Shown piece by piece: positions 36,071-43,608 of a stretch of DNA of 64,000 nt. The notes beneath the pieces were generated by a model. It was not told where the DNA came from. It was given only the letters and a program-made list of their open reading frames with translations, and made no database searches. Origin of the DNA: Candidatus Fervidifonticultor primus (GTDB lineage Bacteria > Sysuimicrobiota > Sysuimicrobiia > Sysuimicrobiales > Humicultoraceae); contig JAVKHP010000001.1 of NCBI GenBank assembly GCA_031459855.1, positions 2,702,309-2,766,308 of the forward strand. The letters are read 5' to 3'. Every line of letters starts with the position of its first letter. Positions within the stretch are counted from its first letter, which is position 1. The position numbers were made by a program, and so were the translations under genes.

Positions 36071-37030
36071 CTACTGGGCGCGCACCAGTTCCTCGAGATC
36101 GACGCCCAGCAGCCGCGCCACCTCGCGGACGGGCGCGAAGAACTCGTCCAGCGTGCGCAGCTTCAAGCCGTGCGCGGTCCGCAGGATCTCCACGTCGGCG
36201 AAGCCGTGGATGCGGTACAGGCTGTCCAGCGTCTCGCGCCCCGGGGCGGTCTGGGCGATGCGCAGCAACGCCAGGGCCGTACGGGCCTTGACCTCCTCGG
36301 GCAGGTCGCGGCGGAACGACACGGTGTCGGCGGGAATGGGGTCGGTGTAGGCCAGCACCCGCACGCGCTCCTTCACGTCCGGGTACAGGCGGATCACCCG
36401 GTCGCGGGCGTCGTTGCCGAACTCGTCGCCGAACGTCGCGCCGGCGTCGACCGAGCCCGTGTAGACGGCCAGCACCACCTTGTCGTGGCCGCCCGCGAAC
36501 ACCACCTGGCTGAAGTGCCGCGTCGGATCGATACCGTGGCGCTTCAGCAGCGCCGCGGGGAAAAGGTATCCCGACGCCGACGCCGGGTCGACGAACGCGA
36601 ACCGCCGCCCGCGCAGGTCGGCCACCGTGCGAATGGGCAGTCCCGCCCGGTAGAGGATCTGGGACCGGTAGTAGGGCACGCCGAACCGCACGCTGACCAG
36701 ACGCACGTCGGCGCCGCAGCGCTGGCGGGCCAGCACGTAGGCGAAGGGGTGCAGGAACGCCACGTCGACGCGGCCCGCGCACATCGCCTCGATGGTGGCC
36801 GCGTAGCTGGTGGGCACCTCGGCTCGCACCGTATAGCCTGTGGCCACTTCCAGCATGCGCGCCAGCGTGCTGCCGGTGGCCAGCACGCGCTGGGCGTCGC
36901 TGGAAGGCGTGAACGCCAGCGTCAGGGCCGGGGACGGCGCCGCGTGTCCGGCGGGGATGCCCGCCGCCACCAGGGCCGCCGCCGCGCACAGCACCGCCAG
37001 GCGCAGTCGCCGTGCTCCACGTGGTATCAA
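36071..37030 (-). CDS. PhnD-family (phosphonate/phosphite/phosphate-type) ABC-transporter periplasmic substrate-binding protein with a signal peptide. First gene of the TPP-riboswitch-controlled thi operon.
   Basis: YAATIEAMCAGRVDVAFLHPFAY...FVDPASASGYLFPAALLKRHGIDP...VVFAGGHDKVVLAVYTGSVDAGAT is the PhnD-like (TIGR01098 / Phosphonate-bd) pattern. TTG start at 37030 is preceded by a GCGAGGAGG RBS (9-nt spacer). The signal peptide reads IPRGARRLRLAVLCAAAALVAAG. Confidence 0.8.
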   Translation of the reverse strand: MIPRGARRLRLAVLCAAAALVAAGIPAGHAAPSPALTLAFTPSSDAQRVLATGSTLARMLEVATGYTVRAEVPTSYAATIEAMCAGRVDVAFLHPFAYVLARQRCGADVRLVSVRFGVPYYRSQILYRAGLPIRTVADLRGRRFAFVDPASASGYLFPAALLKRHGIDPTRHFSQVVFAGGHDKVVLAVYTGSVDAGATFGDEFGNDARDRVIRLYPDVKERVRVLAYTDPIPADTVSFRRDLPEEVKARTALALLRIAQTAPGRETLDSLYRIHGFADVEILRTAHGLKLRTLDEFFAPVREVARLLGVDLEELVRAQ

Positions 37031-37130
37031 GGACGTGAACCTCCTCGCGCGTGGTCGATCGGCCGACGCGCACCGCGACGCCGTCTGACAACACGACAGC
37101 CGCCCCGTCCACGACGACTGGCGGCTGCGT

Positions 37131-37250
37131 CGGCCTGCACTCCCCACGCCAGCATTACCTGGATCGGGTCCAACGGGTCGGCGAATATCCCGACCGTCGT
37201 GGCCGGGCGGTTCGCCCTCTCAGCCCGCCTGGTTTCGAGCTCCCCCACGC
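37131..37250 (-). promoter_or_regulatory. TPP (thiamine pyrophosphate) riboswitch, the THI element.
   Basis: Minus strand reads GGGGGAGC...GGGCUGAGAGGGCGAACCGCCC...ACCCGUUGGACCCGAUCCAGGUAAUGCUGGCGUGGGGAG. It contains the CUGAGA Thi-box and ACCC, and a segment with 26/31 identities to the thiM consensus GAACCUGAUCUGGAUAAUGCCAGCGUAGGGA. It lies about 100 nt upstream of the PhnD-like gene start. Confidence 0.8.
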
Positions 37251-37268
37251 TGTAGAGTTGTCAAAATC

Positions 37269-37297
37269 ATGATACCCTGCGGATGCGTGCGACGCAA
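37269..37297 (-). promoter_or_regulatory. Candidate promoter TTGCGT-N17-TATCAT driving the TPP riboswitch and thi operon.
   Basis: Minus strand reads TTGCGTcgcacgcatccgcagggTATCAT. The predicted TSS is about 10 nt before the first riboswitch stem. Confidence 0.45.
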
Positions 37298-37303
37298 GCC
37301 GCC

Positions 37304-37331
37304 GAATCACACCGGAACCCGGTTGTTCCGG
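37304..37331 (-). terminator. Hairpin CCGGAAC-ccgguu-GUUCCGG followed by UGUGAUU, immediately after the NIPSNAP stop codon.
   Basis: Inverted repeat at 37312-37331. The TAA stop of the NIPSNAP gene is at 37333-37335. Confidence 0.5.
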
Positions 37332-37332
37332 A

Positions 37333-37638
37333 TTACGCGGGCAGCGGGGAGAGCCAATACGTCTGGGCGGCGACCAGGAGCTCGGCCGGATCGGGCCGGA
37401 GGGCTTTGCGCTCCGGTGATGCGTAGTAGGCCGCGTCGGCCTCCTCGAACGAGCCGGGACCGCGGTACGAGAGGATCCAGACGAACCGGTGCTGGTCGGG
37501 GATGGTCCACGCGCCCTCGATGACGAACCCGTACCGTTCCCGAAGCGGCCGGACTCCCGCCCTCCACCGTGCGACGAACTCGCCGAGTGCGCCCTCGGCG
37601 ACGGTGTAGATGCGGAGTTGCGCCGACCGCTCGCTCAT
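37333..37638 (-). CDS. NIPSNAP family protein.
   Basis: MSERSAQLRIYTVAEGALGEFVARWRAGVRPLRERYGFVIEGAWT...HRFVWILSYRGPGSFEEADAAYYASPER. The overlapping 211-aa ORF in another frame is rejected. Confidence 0.75.
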   Translation of the reverse strand: MSERSAQLRIYTVAEGALGEFVARWRAGVRPLRERYGFVIEGAWTIPDQHRFVWILSYRGPGSFEEADAAYYASPERKALRPDPAELLVAAQTYWLSPLPA

Positions 37639-37920
37639 CGAGCCGTGCTGCACGCTGCACAGATTGCCCGCGAATCTGCAGGCGCCATCGCCCATACCCG
37701 CCGGTCACTGCCTGCGGCCGCAGCAGCCACACAGAGTGGCCGCGCCTCCACAGGCCCCATCGAGAACCCTGGCGCCCGTTGGCCCTCGACGCCCTGTACG
37801 CGGCCCTCCCGGGCGAGTCCTGCTGCTGAGGACGCGTGACGGGGCTACGTGGAAGCCGTAGACGCCTGGCACAGCGGTGTCGACCGCGGCACGCCGCCCT
37901 GCAGTTGGTGGTGGTGCTGC

Positions 37921-38901
37921 TTAGCCCTCCAGCACGCGCCACAACTCGTCCCGCTCAAGGGGCGCCAGTGCACTGGTCTGCCCCGCCCGCACGACCTCCC
38001 GGGGCCCCGCGGTGAGCTGACCGATGACGGCCGCCGGAATCCCTGCGTCGGCCAGCGCGGCCAGCAGCGGCCGGGGATCGGCAGTCGCCATGAGCATGGC
38101 GCCGCTCCCGATCAGCCCCAGCGGGTCGATGCCCAGGACTCCACACACCGCGCGGGTCTCCTGCGCCACCGGCACGGCGTCGGCGTCCAGGCGGACACCG
38201 CATCCGGACGCTTCGGCGAGCTCCCAGGTCCCCGTGAGGACGCCGCCCTCGGTGACGTCGTGCATCGCCGAAACGCCGGCCCGGGCGCCGATACGGCCCT
38301 CGGGCACGACGCTGATCCGGTCGATGAACCCGCGCGCCCGCGCCAGGGTCGCCTCGTCCACCTGCGCGCGCAGCTGCGCGCCCAGGTCTTCTGCGAGGAT
38401 CGCCGTGCCCTCGATCCCCGCGCCTTTGGTGAGGACCAACCAGTCGCCCGGCCGCCCGCCCCCAGACGACACGAACCCGTCGCGTGGCGCCCGGCCGATG
38501 GCCGCCGTGACCACCAGTGGTCGGTCGATGCCCGCCGTGACTTCCGTGTGCCCGCCCACGATCTCGACGCCCACGCTGCGGGCGGCCTGCCCGGCGTCGT
38601 GCATCAGGCGGTCCAGGTCGTCCTCGCTCGCTGCCTGCGGCAGCAGGAGCGTCAGCAGCACAGCCACGGGCTCGGCACCCGTCGCCGCCACGTCGTTGCA
38701 CGCCACGTGGACCGCCAGCCGCCCCAGGTGCGCGGAGGCGCCCGTGATCGGATCGCAGGTGACCACGCAGGCCGCGGGACCGAAGTCCAGGACCGCGCAG
38801 TCCTCGCCGACGGCGGCGTGGACGAGCACGTCCGGCCGGCGTCCCAGGTGCGGGAACACGCACTGGCGCAGCGCCAGCGGCGAGAGCTTACCGACCCGCA
38901 T
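37921..38901 (-). CDS. AIR-synthase-related protein (PurM-like fold, HypE / ThiL / selenophosphate-synthetase superfamily).
   Basis: MRVGKLSPLALRQCVFPHLG...AVLDFGPAACVVTCDPITG...GAEPVAVLLTLLLP...VGGHTEV. ATG at 38901 with an AGGTGA RBS. The N-terminal 170 residues of the ORF-track frame are non-homologous. Confidence 0.8.
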   Translation of the reverse strand: MRVGKLSPLALRQCVFPHLGRRPDVLVHAAVGEDCAVLDFGPAACVVTCDPITGASAHLGRLAVHVACNDVAATGAEPVAVLLTLLLPQAASEDDLDRLMHDAGQAARSVGVEIVGGHTEVTAGIDRPLVVTAAIGRAPRDGFVSSGGGRPGDWLVLTKGAGIEGTAILAEDLGAQLRAQVDEATLARARGFIDRISVVPEGRIGARAGVSAMHDVTEGGVLTGTWELAEASGCGVRLDADAVPVAQETRAVCGVLGIDPLGLIGSGAMLMATADPRPLLAALADAGIPAAVIGQLTAGPREVVRAGQTSALAPLERDELWRVLEG

Positions 38902-39061
38902 GCGCGTCACCTGGCCGCTACCGGGTCGGGCGCTCCAGGGCAGCGTGCCCGTCCCGGGCGCATGCCGCAAGGCCTGGCCCGGGAGTGCGGTGCGGGGGGC
39001 CGGCCGACGCCAGGGCGGGCGAGAGGAACCTGCGCCGCGACACCGAAGCCCACCTCGGCGG

Positions 39062-39295
39062 ATGAGCGAGACGGCGTACATCCTGATCCGGCTCGACCGC
39101 AGCACCCCCGCCGAAGTGGCCAGACGGGTCCGGCGCGTGCCGGGCGTGACCGAGGCCGCGGTGACCATGGGCGAGGTGGACGTGCTGGCGATCGCCCGCG
39201 GCGACACCACCAAGGGCCTGGCAGAGATCAGCCACCAGATCCAGGCCATCGAGGGCGTGAAGAGCGTCTCGGTCTGCGTCGTCGTCCGCCCGTAG
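39062..39295 (+). CDS. Stand-alone Lrp/AsnC C-terminal (RAM) ligand-binding-domain protein. No HTH domain.
   Basis: MSETAYILIRLDRSTPAEVARRVRRVPGVTEAAVTMGEVDVLAIARGDTTKGLAEISHQIQAIEGVKSVSVCVVVRP is the AsnC_trans_reg fold pattern. Divergent from the AIR-synthase-related gene. Confidence 0.7.
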   Translation: MSETAYILIRLDRSTPAEVARRVRRVPGVTEAAVTMGEVDVLAIARGDTTKGLAEISHQIQAIEGVKSVSVCVVVRP

Positions 39296-39523
39296 CCAGA
39301 CGCGGACGGGTCGTCGGGCGATCCGTGGCGCCACCGGCGTGGTCGTGGCGCGTCGGCGCGTGCCAGCGCCACCGCGACCTTCGGGGCACCGCACGTGGGC
39401 TTCGTGGTTCGACCCCTCGACACGCACGAGTCCTACTACCATCGCGCTCTTCGGAACGGCCGCGCGGTCTTCGCGCTCGCGTGCAGGGGATACGAGCACC
39501 GGCTGCCGCGCACCGCCGTGGGC

Positions 39524-40462
39524 CTAGACGGGCACGCGGGGGGTGATACCGACCATCGCGCGGAGCAGGCGGTGGCTGACCTCCAGCGCCCGCAGGCCGT
39601 CCTCGCCCGTGACCCGCGGGCGCTCCTCGCCCCGGACGCAGGCCACGAAGTGCGCCAGCTCGGCGCGCAGGGGCTCCTCGCCGTCCAGCGCCAGGCGCTG
39701 CTGCTCCCCGGAGAAGTGCCGAATGCTCAAGGTCTCGCGCAGGAAGTCCAGGTGCACCGCGCGGTCGGCGGTGGTGATCTCCATCTCCACGGCCTTCACC
39801 GCCGAGACGCGGCTGGCGGTGAGCGTGATCCGGCAGCCGCTGGCCGTCACCAGGTGGGCGACGGCCAGGTCCTCGTGGCTGTTGTGGACGCACACGCCGA
39901 CACCCGTCACGTCGACCACGCGGCCGGGCGCCAGCGCCAGCACGATGTCGATGTCGTGGATCATCAGGTCCAGCACCACGCCCACGTCCATGACACGATG
40001 GGGATCGTAGGGCCGCACCCGTCGCGCCTGGATGAGCAGCGGCTCCCGCGCCAGCGCGGGCAGACGCTGGACGGCCGGCTTGAAGCGCTCCACGTGCCCG
40101 ACCAGCATGACGACGCCCCGGCGCGCGGCCAGGTCGACCAGCTGCCTGGCCTCGTCGAGGGTCGCCGTCATGGGCTTCTCCACCAGCACGTGCACGCCGG
40201 CTTCGAGGAAGTCCCGGGTAATGGCGTAGTGCAGGCCCGTGGGCACCGCGACGCTCACGGCGTCCACCTGGCCGAGCAACGCCAGGTGATCGGTGTACCC
40301 TGCTGTGCCATGGCGCACCGCGGCAGCTTGCGCCTCCCGCGCGTCGCGGTCGACGACGCCCACCAGGCGGACGCCGGGCAGCGAGGCGAACACCCGGGCG
40401 TGGTGCCGTCCCCACTGCCCCAGCCCCACCACGCCCACGCGCACGGGCGTCGGGGCGCTCAT
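39524..40462 (-). CDS. Gfo/Idh/MocA family NAD-dependent oxidoreductase (sugar-nucleotide dehydrogenase type).
   Basis: VRVGVVGLGQWGRHHARVFASLPGVRLVGVVDR Rossmann N-terminus plus EKPMTATLDEARQL. Confidence 0.85.
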   Translation of the reverse strand: MSAPTPVRVGVVGLGQWGRHHARVFASLPGVRLVGVVDRDAREAQAAAVRHGTAGYTDHLALLGQVDAVSVAVPTGLHYAITRDFLEAGVHVLVEKPMTATLDEARQLVDLAARRGVVMLVGHVERFKPAVQRLPALAREPLLIQARRVRPYDPHRVMDVGVVLDLMIHDIDIVLALAPGRVVDVTGVGVCVHNSHEDLAVAHLVTASGCRITLTASRVSAVKAVEMEITTADRAVHLDFLRETLSIRHFSGEQQRLALDGEEPLRAELAHFVACVRGEERPRVTGEDGLRALEVSHRLLRAMVGITPRVPV

Positions 40463-41574
40463 CCCGCGCCCCCCGCAAACGCCCGCACGGCGGCCACGAT
40501 GGTGCCCAGGTCGTCTGCGGACAGGCCGGGATGGACGGGCAGCGACAGGACCTCCTGGGTCAGCCGGTGGGCATGCGGGAACGTGCCGCCGAATCCCCGC
40601 CGGCGGTAGGCGGGCGTGTCGGGGATGAGCCGGGGATAGTAGACCCGCGTCTCCACGCCGGCCGCGGCCAGGTGGTGCGCCAGCGCGTCACGCACCCCGG
40701 GCACCTGCACCGTGTACTGGTGGTAGACGTGATGAAAGCCGGCGGGCTCGACGGGCACCCGCAGCCAGCTCAGGTCGGCGAGCCCGTCGTGCAGGCGCCG
40801 CGCGTTGGCCCGCCGCACGGCGTTGCGCGCCTCGAGGTGGCGCAACTGCACGAGCCCGATCGCCGCCGCCATCTCGGTCATGCGGAAGTTGTACCCGACC
40901 ACCTCGTAGGTGTACTCCTGCTCGCCCCTCGGGTCGACCAGGAGGCGGGCCCGCCGGGCCACGTCCGCGTCGCGCACCAGCAGCATGCCGCCCTCACCGG
41001 TCGTCATGTTCTTCGTGGGGTAGAAGCTGAAGATCGCGGCGTCCCCGAACGTGCCGACGCGGCGCCCGCCCACGGCCGCGCCGTGGGCCTGGGCGCAGTC
41101 CTCCACCAGGAACGCCCCGTAGCGCGCCGCGAGGTCGGCGAACGCCGGCGCGTCGGCCGGGAGCCCGTAGAGGTGCACGATCAGGATGGCCCGGATGCGG
41201 CCGCGGCGCAGCAGGGGCTCGACGGCATTGGGATCGAGGTTGCCCGTGGCAGGATCCACGTCGGCGAACACGGGCTCGGCCCCCACGTGGAGCACCGCGT
41301 GGCTGGTCGCGCCAAACGACAACGGCGTCGTCACCACCCGGTCGCCCGGCCCGACACCGAGCGCCGCCAGCGCGACGTGCAGCGCCGCGCTGCCCGACGA
41401 CGTCGCGACGGCGTAGGGCGCGCCCACGTACCGGGCAAACGCCTCCTCGAAGGCGGCCACACGCCGGCCCGCCACCAGTAGCCCCGACCGCAGCACCTCC
41501 AGGACCTGCTGCGCCTCGTCCTCACCGATCTGCGGTCGAGCGATGGGGATCGCCGCCGCGGCCCGCGCGGTCAT
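40459..41574 (-). CDS. DegT/DnrJ/EryC1/StrS family PLP-dependent sugar aminotransferase.
   Basis: VATSSGSAALHVAL...FSFYPTKNMTTGEGGML (PLP-Lys) motifs. ATG at 41574 with a GAGGAG RBS. ATGA overlap with the downstream oxidoreductase. Confidence 0.85.
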   Translation of the reverse strand: MTARAAAAIPIARPQIGEDEAQQVLEVLRSGLLVAGRRVAAFEEAFARYVGAPYAVATSSGSAALHVALAALGVGPGDRVVTTPLSFGATSHAVLHVGAEPVFADVDPATGNLDPNAVEPLLRRGRIRAILIVHLYGLPADAPAFADLAARYGAFLVEDCAQAHGAAVGGRRVGTFGDAAIFSFYPTKNMTTGEGGMLLVRDADVARRARLLVDPRGEQEYTYEVVGYNFRMTEMAAAIGLVQLRHLEARNAVRRANARRLHDGLADLSWLRVPVEPAGFHHVYHQYTVQVPGVRDALAHHLAAAGVETRVYYPRLIPDTPAYRRRGFGGTFPHAHRLTQEVLSLPVHPGLSADDLGTIVAAVRAFAGGAG

Positions 41575-41712
41575 GGTCTGCTCCTCGCCGGGGTCGATGG
41601 CGATACGCCCATCTCCTGTACTAGTGTCCGGGCGCACCGCACCGCGTTCTCCTCCCCGACGTCCCCGGAGCCTCGCCCCACCGGGCGCCACTCCGGGCGC
41701 GGCGCGTGGGTC

Positions 41713-42156
41713 CTACGCGCGGCCGGACTCGGCGGCGGCCTTCAATGCCGCCAGCATGCTCTCGCAGTTCTTGCGCATGAGGACCCGGACGAGCCCCGCG
41801 AGCAACGCGCCGGCCAGGGGGATCTCGATCTCGTAGTCCACCACCAGACGGGTCCGCGTGCCCTCCGGCGTGGCCTCGAACGTCCACGTGCCGGCGTAGT
41901 GCGCAAAGTCACCCGACCGCTGGCGGAACGTGCAGACGCCACGCGCGTCGTCCCACTCGTCCTCCTCGATCCACCGGATCTTGCGCCCCTGGACGCGGCC
42001 CACCCACTGGGTCACGGTGGCGCCCGGCCGGCGCTCGAGCACCGTGACGCTCTCGAGGTCGGGCATGAACTCGGGAAACCGTTCGACGTCCTGGGCCAGG
42101 GCGTAGACGCGGTCACGCGGGGCCCGGATCAGGACCGACGCCTCAACACGGGCCAC
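41713..42156 (-). CDS. SRPBCC (polyketide cyclase / COQ10 / RatA-like) family protein.
   Basis: MARVEASVLIRAPRDRVYALAQDVERFPEFMPDLESVTVLER...WVGRVQGRKIRWIEEDEWD is the START/Bet v1-like pattern. GTG start with a GGAGGG RBS. Confidence 0.8.
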   Translation of the reverse strand: MARVEASVLIRAPRDRVYALAQDVERFPEFMPDLESVTVLERRPGATVTQWVGRVQGRKIRWIEEDEWDDARGVCTFRQRSGDFAHYAGTWTFEATPEGTRTRLVVDYEIEIPLAGALLAGLVRVLMRKNCESMLAALKAAAESGRA

Positions 42157-42186
42157 ACGAGCCCTCCGGTGCGCACATCGTTCTTG

Positions 42187-42215
42187 ACTATACCGACGCC
42201 CTCAGGGGGTGTCAA
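42187..42215 (-). promoter_or_regulatory. Candidate promoter TTGACA-N17-TATAGT for the SRPBCC gene, overlapping the trmI stop.
   Basis: Minus strand reads TTGACAccccctgagggcgtcggTATAGT. The TSS would be about 24 nt upstream of the SRPBCC start. Confidence 0.5.
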
Positions 42216-43107
42216 CGCACGCGCACGCCGGGTGCATACTCGTCGGGTGCATACTCCTCGGGTTCGTAGTCGTCGGGTGCGTACTCCTCGGATCCGCACC
42301 CGTCGGGTCGGCCTGCTTCGCCTCCGGCGCCGGCATGCCCGCTCCCGTGCCCAGGCGACGGCCGACCACGAGAAAGCCGGTGTGCGCCACCATGCGGTGC
42401 ACCGGCCGGACCGCCGCCCCGTCCACGTGCCAGGGCCGGACGAGGGTCTCCTGCGCCTCGACGCGCACGAAGCCCCCGGCCCGCAGAGCTTCCACCGTCT
42501 GCTGGACCTGCACGGTGCTGGGGACGTATGCAAGGAAGATGCCCCCCGGCGGCAGCGCGTCGCGGGCAGCTGCGACGACCCGCCACGGCTCGGGCAGATC
42601 CAGCAGCACCCGATCCACGGGCGCGTCGGGAATTCCCGTGGTGACGTCGTGGAGGCGCAGGGCGACCTGCGGCGCGTCGCCGAGGAACCGGCGGATGTTG
42701 CGCTCGGCCGTGCGCAGGAACTCAGGGCGCACCTCGTAGGAGAACACCCGCCCCGTGGGCCCCACGGCCCGCGCCAGCGTCATGGTCAACGCGCCCGAGC
42801 CGGTGCCGGCTTCGGCCACGCGCACGCCGGGGTACACGTCGGCCAGGAGCAGGATGAGCCCCAGGTCCTTCGGGTAGATGACCTGCGCGCCCCGCGGCAT
42901 GGCCAAAATGTACTCGGCCAGGGTGGGACGCAGGGCCAGCAGCCGTTCCCCGCGCGAGGTGTGCACGACGCTGGCGTCCGGCTGCCCCAGGAGGTCGTCA
43001 TGGCGCACCACGCCGCCGCGCAGGTCGTAGACGCCGCCGGGCTCCAGCCACACCAGGTAGACGCGCTGCTTGCGGTCGACCAGCAGCACGGGCTCGCCGG
43101 CGCCCAA
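42202..43107 (-). CDS. trmI: tRNA (adenine58-N1)-methyltransferase TrmI (GCD14 family) with a repeat-encoded C-terminal tail.
   Basis: Full-length similarity to Thermus TrmI (LLVDRKQRVYLVW..., AEAGTGSGALTMTLARAVGPTG, DLPEPW). Likely TTG start at 43107. The C-terminal 45 residues are encoded by the tandem repeats. Confidence 0.85.
   Translation of the reverse strand: MGAGEPVLLVDRKQRVYLVWLEPGGVYDLRGGVVRHDDLLGQPDASVVHTSRGERLLALRPTLAEYILAMPRGAQVIYPKDLGLILLLADVYPGVRVAEAGTGSGALTMTLARAVGPTGRVFSYEVRPEFLRTAERNIRRFLGDAPQVALRLHDVTTGIPDAPVDRVLLDLPEPWRVVAAARDALPPGGIFLAYVPSTVQVQQTVEALRAGGFVRVEAQETLVRPWHVDGAAVRPVHRMVAHTGFLVVGRRLGTGAGMPAPEAKQADPTGADPRSTHPTTTNPRSMHPTSMHPACACVDTP
42229..42318. repeat. About six tandem copies of a 15-bp unit (CGGGTGCATACTCNT, degenerating 3'-ward) inside the 3' end of trmI.
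   Basis: Units at 42229, 42244, 42259, 42274, 42289 and 42304. In the trmI frame they encode PRSTH / PRSMH / PTSMH pentapeptides. In the +1 frame they encode an acidic EEYAP/DEYAP repeat. Confidence 0.6.
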
Positions 43108-43121
43108 CGGTCCGGTCCGGC

Positions 43122-43532
43122 TCAGACCGTCACCCCGCGCGGCCTGACGTTCTCCTGCACCCAGCGCACGATCTCGGCCAGGGAAGTGCCCGGGAGGAAG
43201 ACCTTGCGGATCCCGGCGGCCTCCAGCCCGGGGATGTCGTCCTCGGGGATGATGCCGCCGCCGAACACCACGATGTCGTCGGCGCCGGCCTCGCGCAGCA
43301 GCTGGACAACCCGCGGGAAGAGCACGTTGTGGGCGCCGGAGAGGATCGACAGGCCCACGGCGTCCACGTCCTCCTGGATCGCCGCGCTGGCGATCATCTC
43401 CGGCGTCTGGTGCAGCCCGGTGTAGATCACCTCGACGCCCGCGTCCCGCAGCGCCCGCGCGACCACCTTGATGCCGCGGTCGTGCCCGTCGAGCCCGGGT
43501 TTGGCCAGCAGGATGCGCAACGGCCGTGCCAT
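43122..43532 (-). CDS. B12-binding small subunit of a split acyl-CoA mutase (IcmB-like, 136 aa).
   Basis: [39 protein letters not shown]... carries the DxHxxG cobalamin His-ligand motif (DGHDRG). Stand-alone B12 domain as in isobutyryl-CoA mutase IcmB and archaeal-type split MCM. Confidence 0.85.
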   Translation of the reverse strand: MARPLRILLAKPGLDGHDRGIKVVARALRDAGVEVIYTGLHQTPEMIASAAIQEDVDAVGLSILSGAHNVLFPRVVQLLREAGADDIVVFGGGIIPEDDIPGLEAAGIRKVFLPGTSLAEIVRWVQENVRPRGVTV

Positions 43533-43541
43533 CACCGAGTC

Positions 43542-43570
43542 ATGATACGCACGGGTGCCGGCGGGGTCAA
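43542..43570 (-). promoter_or_regulatory. Candidate internal promoter TTGACC-N17-TATCAT placed 9 nt upstream of the B12-subunit ATG (leaderless start implied).
   Basis: Minus strand reads cgTTTGACCccgccggcacccgtgcgTATCATgactcggtgATG. Confidence 0.4.
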
Positions 43571-43608
43571 ACGGGCGCCCTCGGGCCTGCGGCGACCCCG
43601 GGGATCCC

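Noticed and set aside
37307-37942. 211-aa minus-strand ORF overlapping the NIPSNAP gene in another frame.
   Set aside because: No homology. The NIPSNAP frame (37333-37638) has clear family similarity and its own terminator.
39395-39529. Short plus-strand ORF (about 44 codons, GTG start) in the convergent spacer between the Lrp-like gene and the Gfo oxidoreductase.
   Set aside because: No RBS and no recognisable family. In frame it simply continues into antisense of the Gfo gene. Most likely non-coding.
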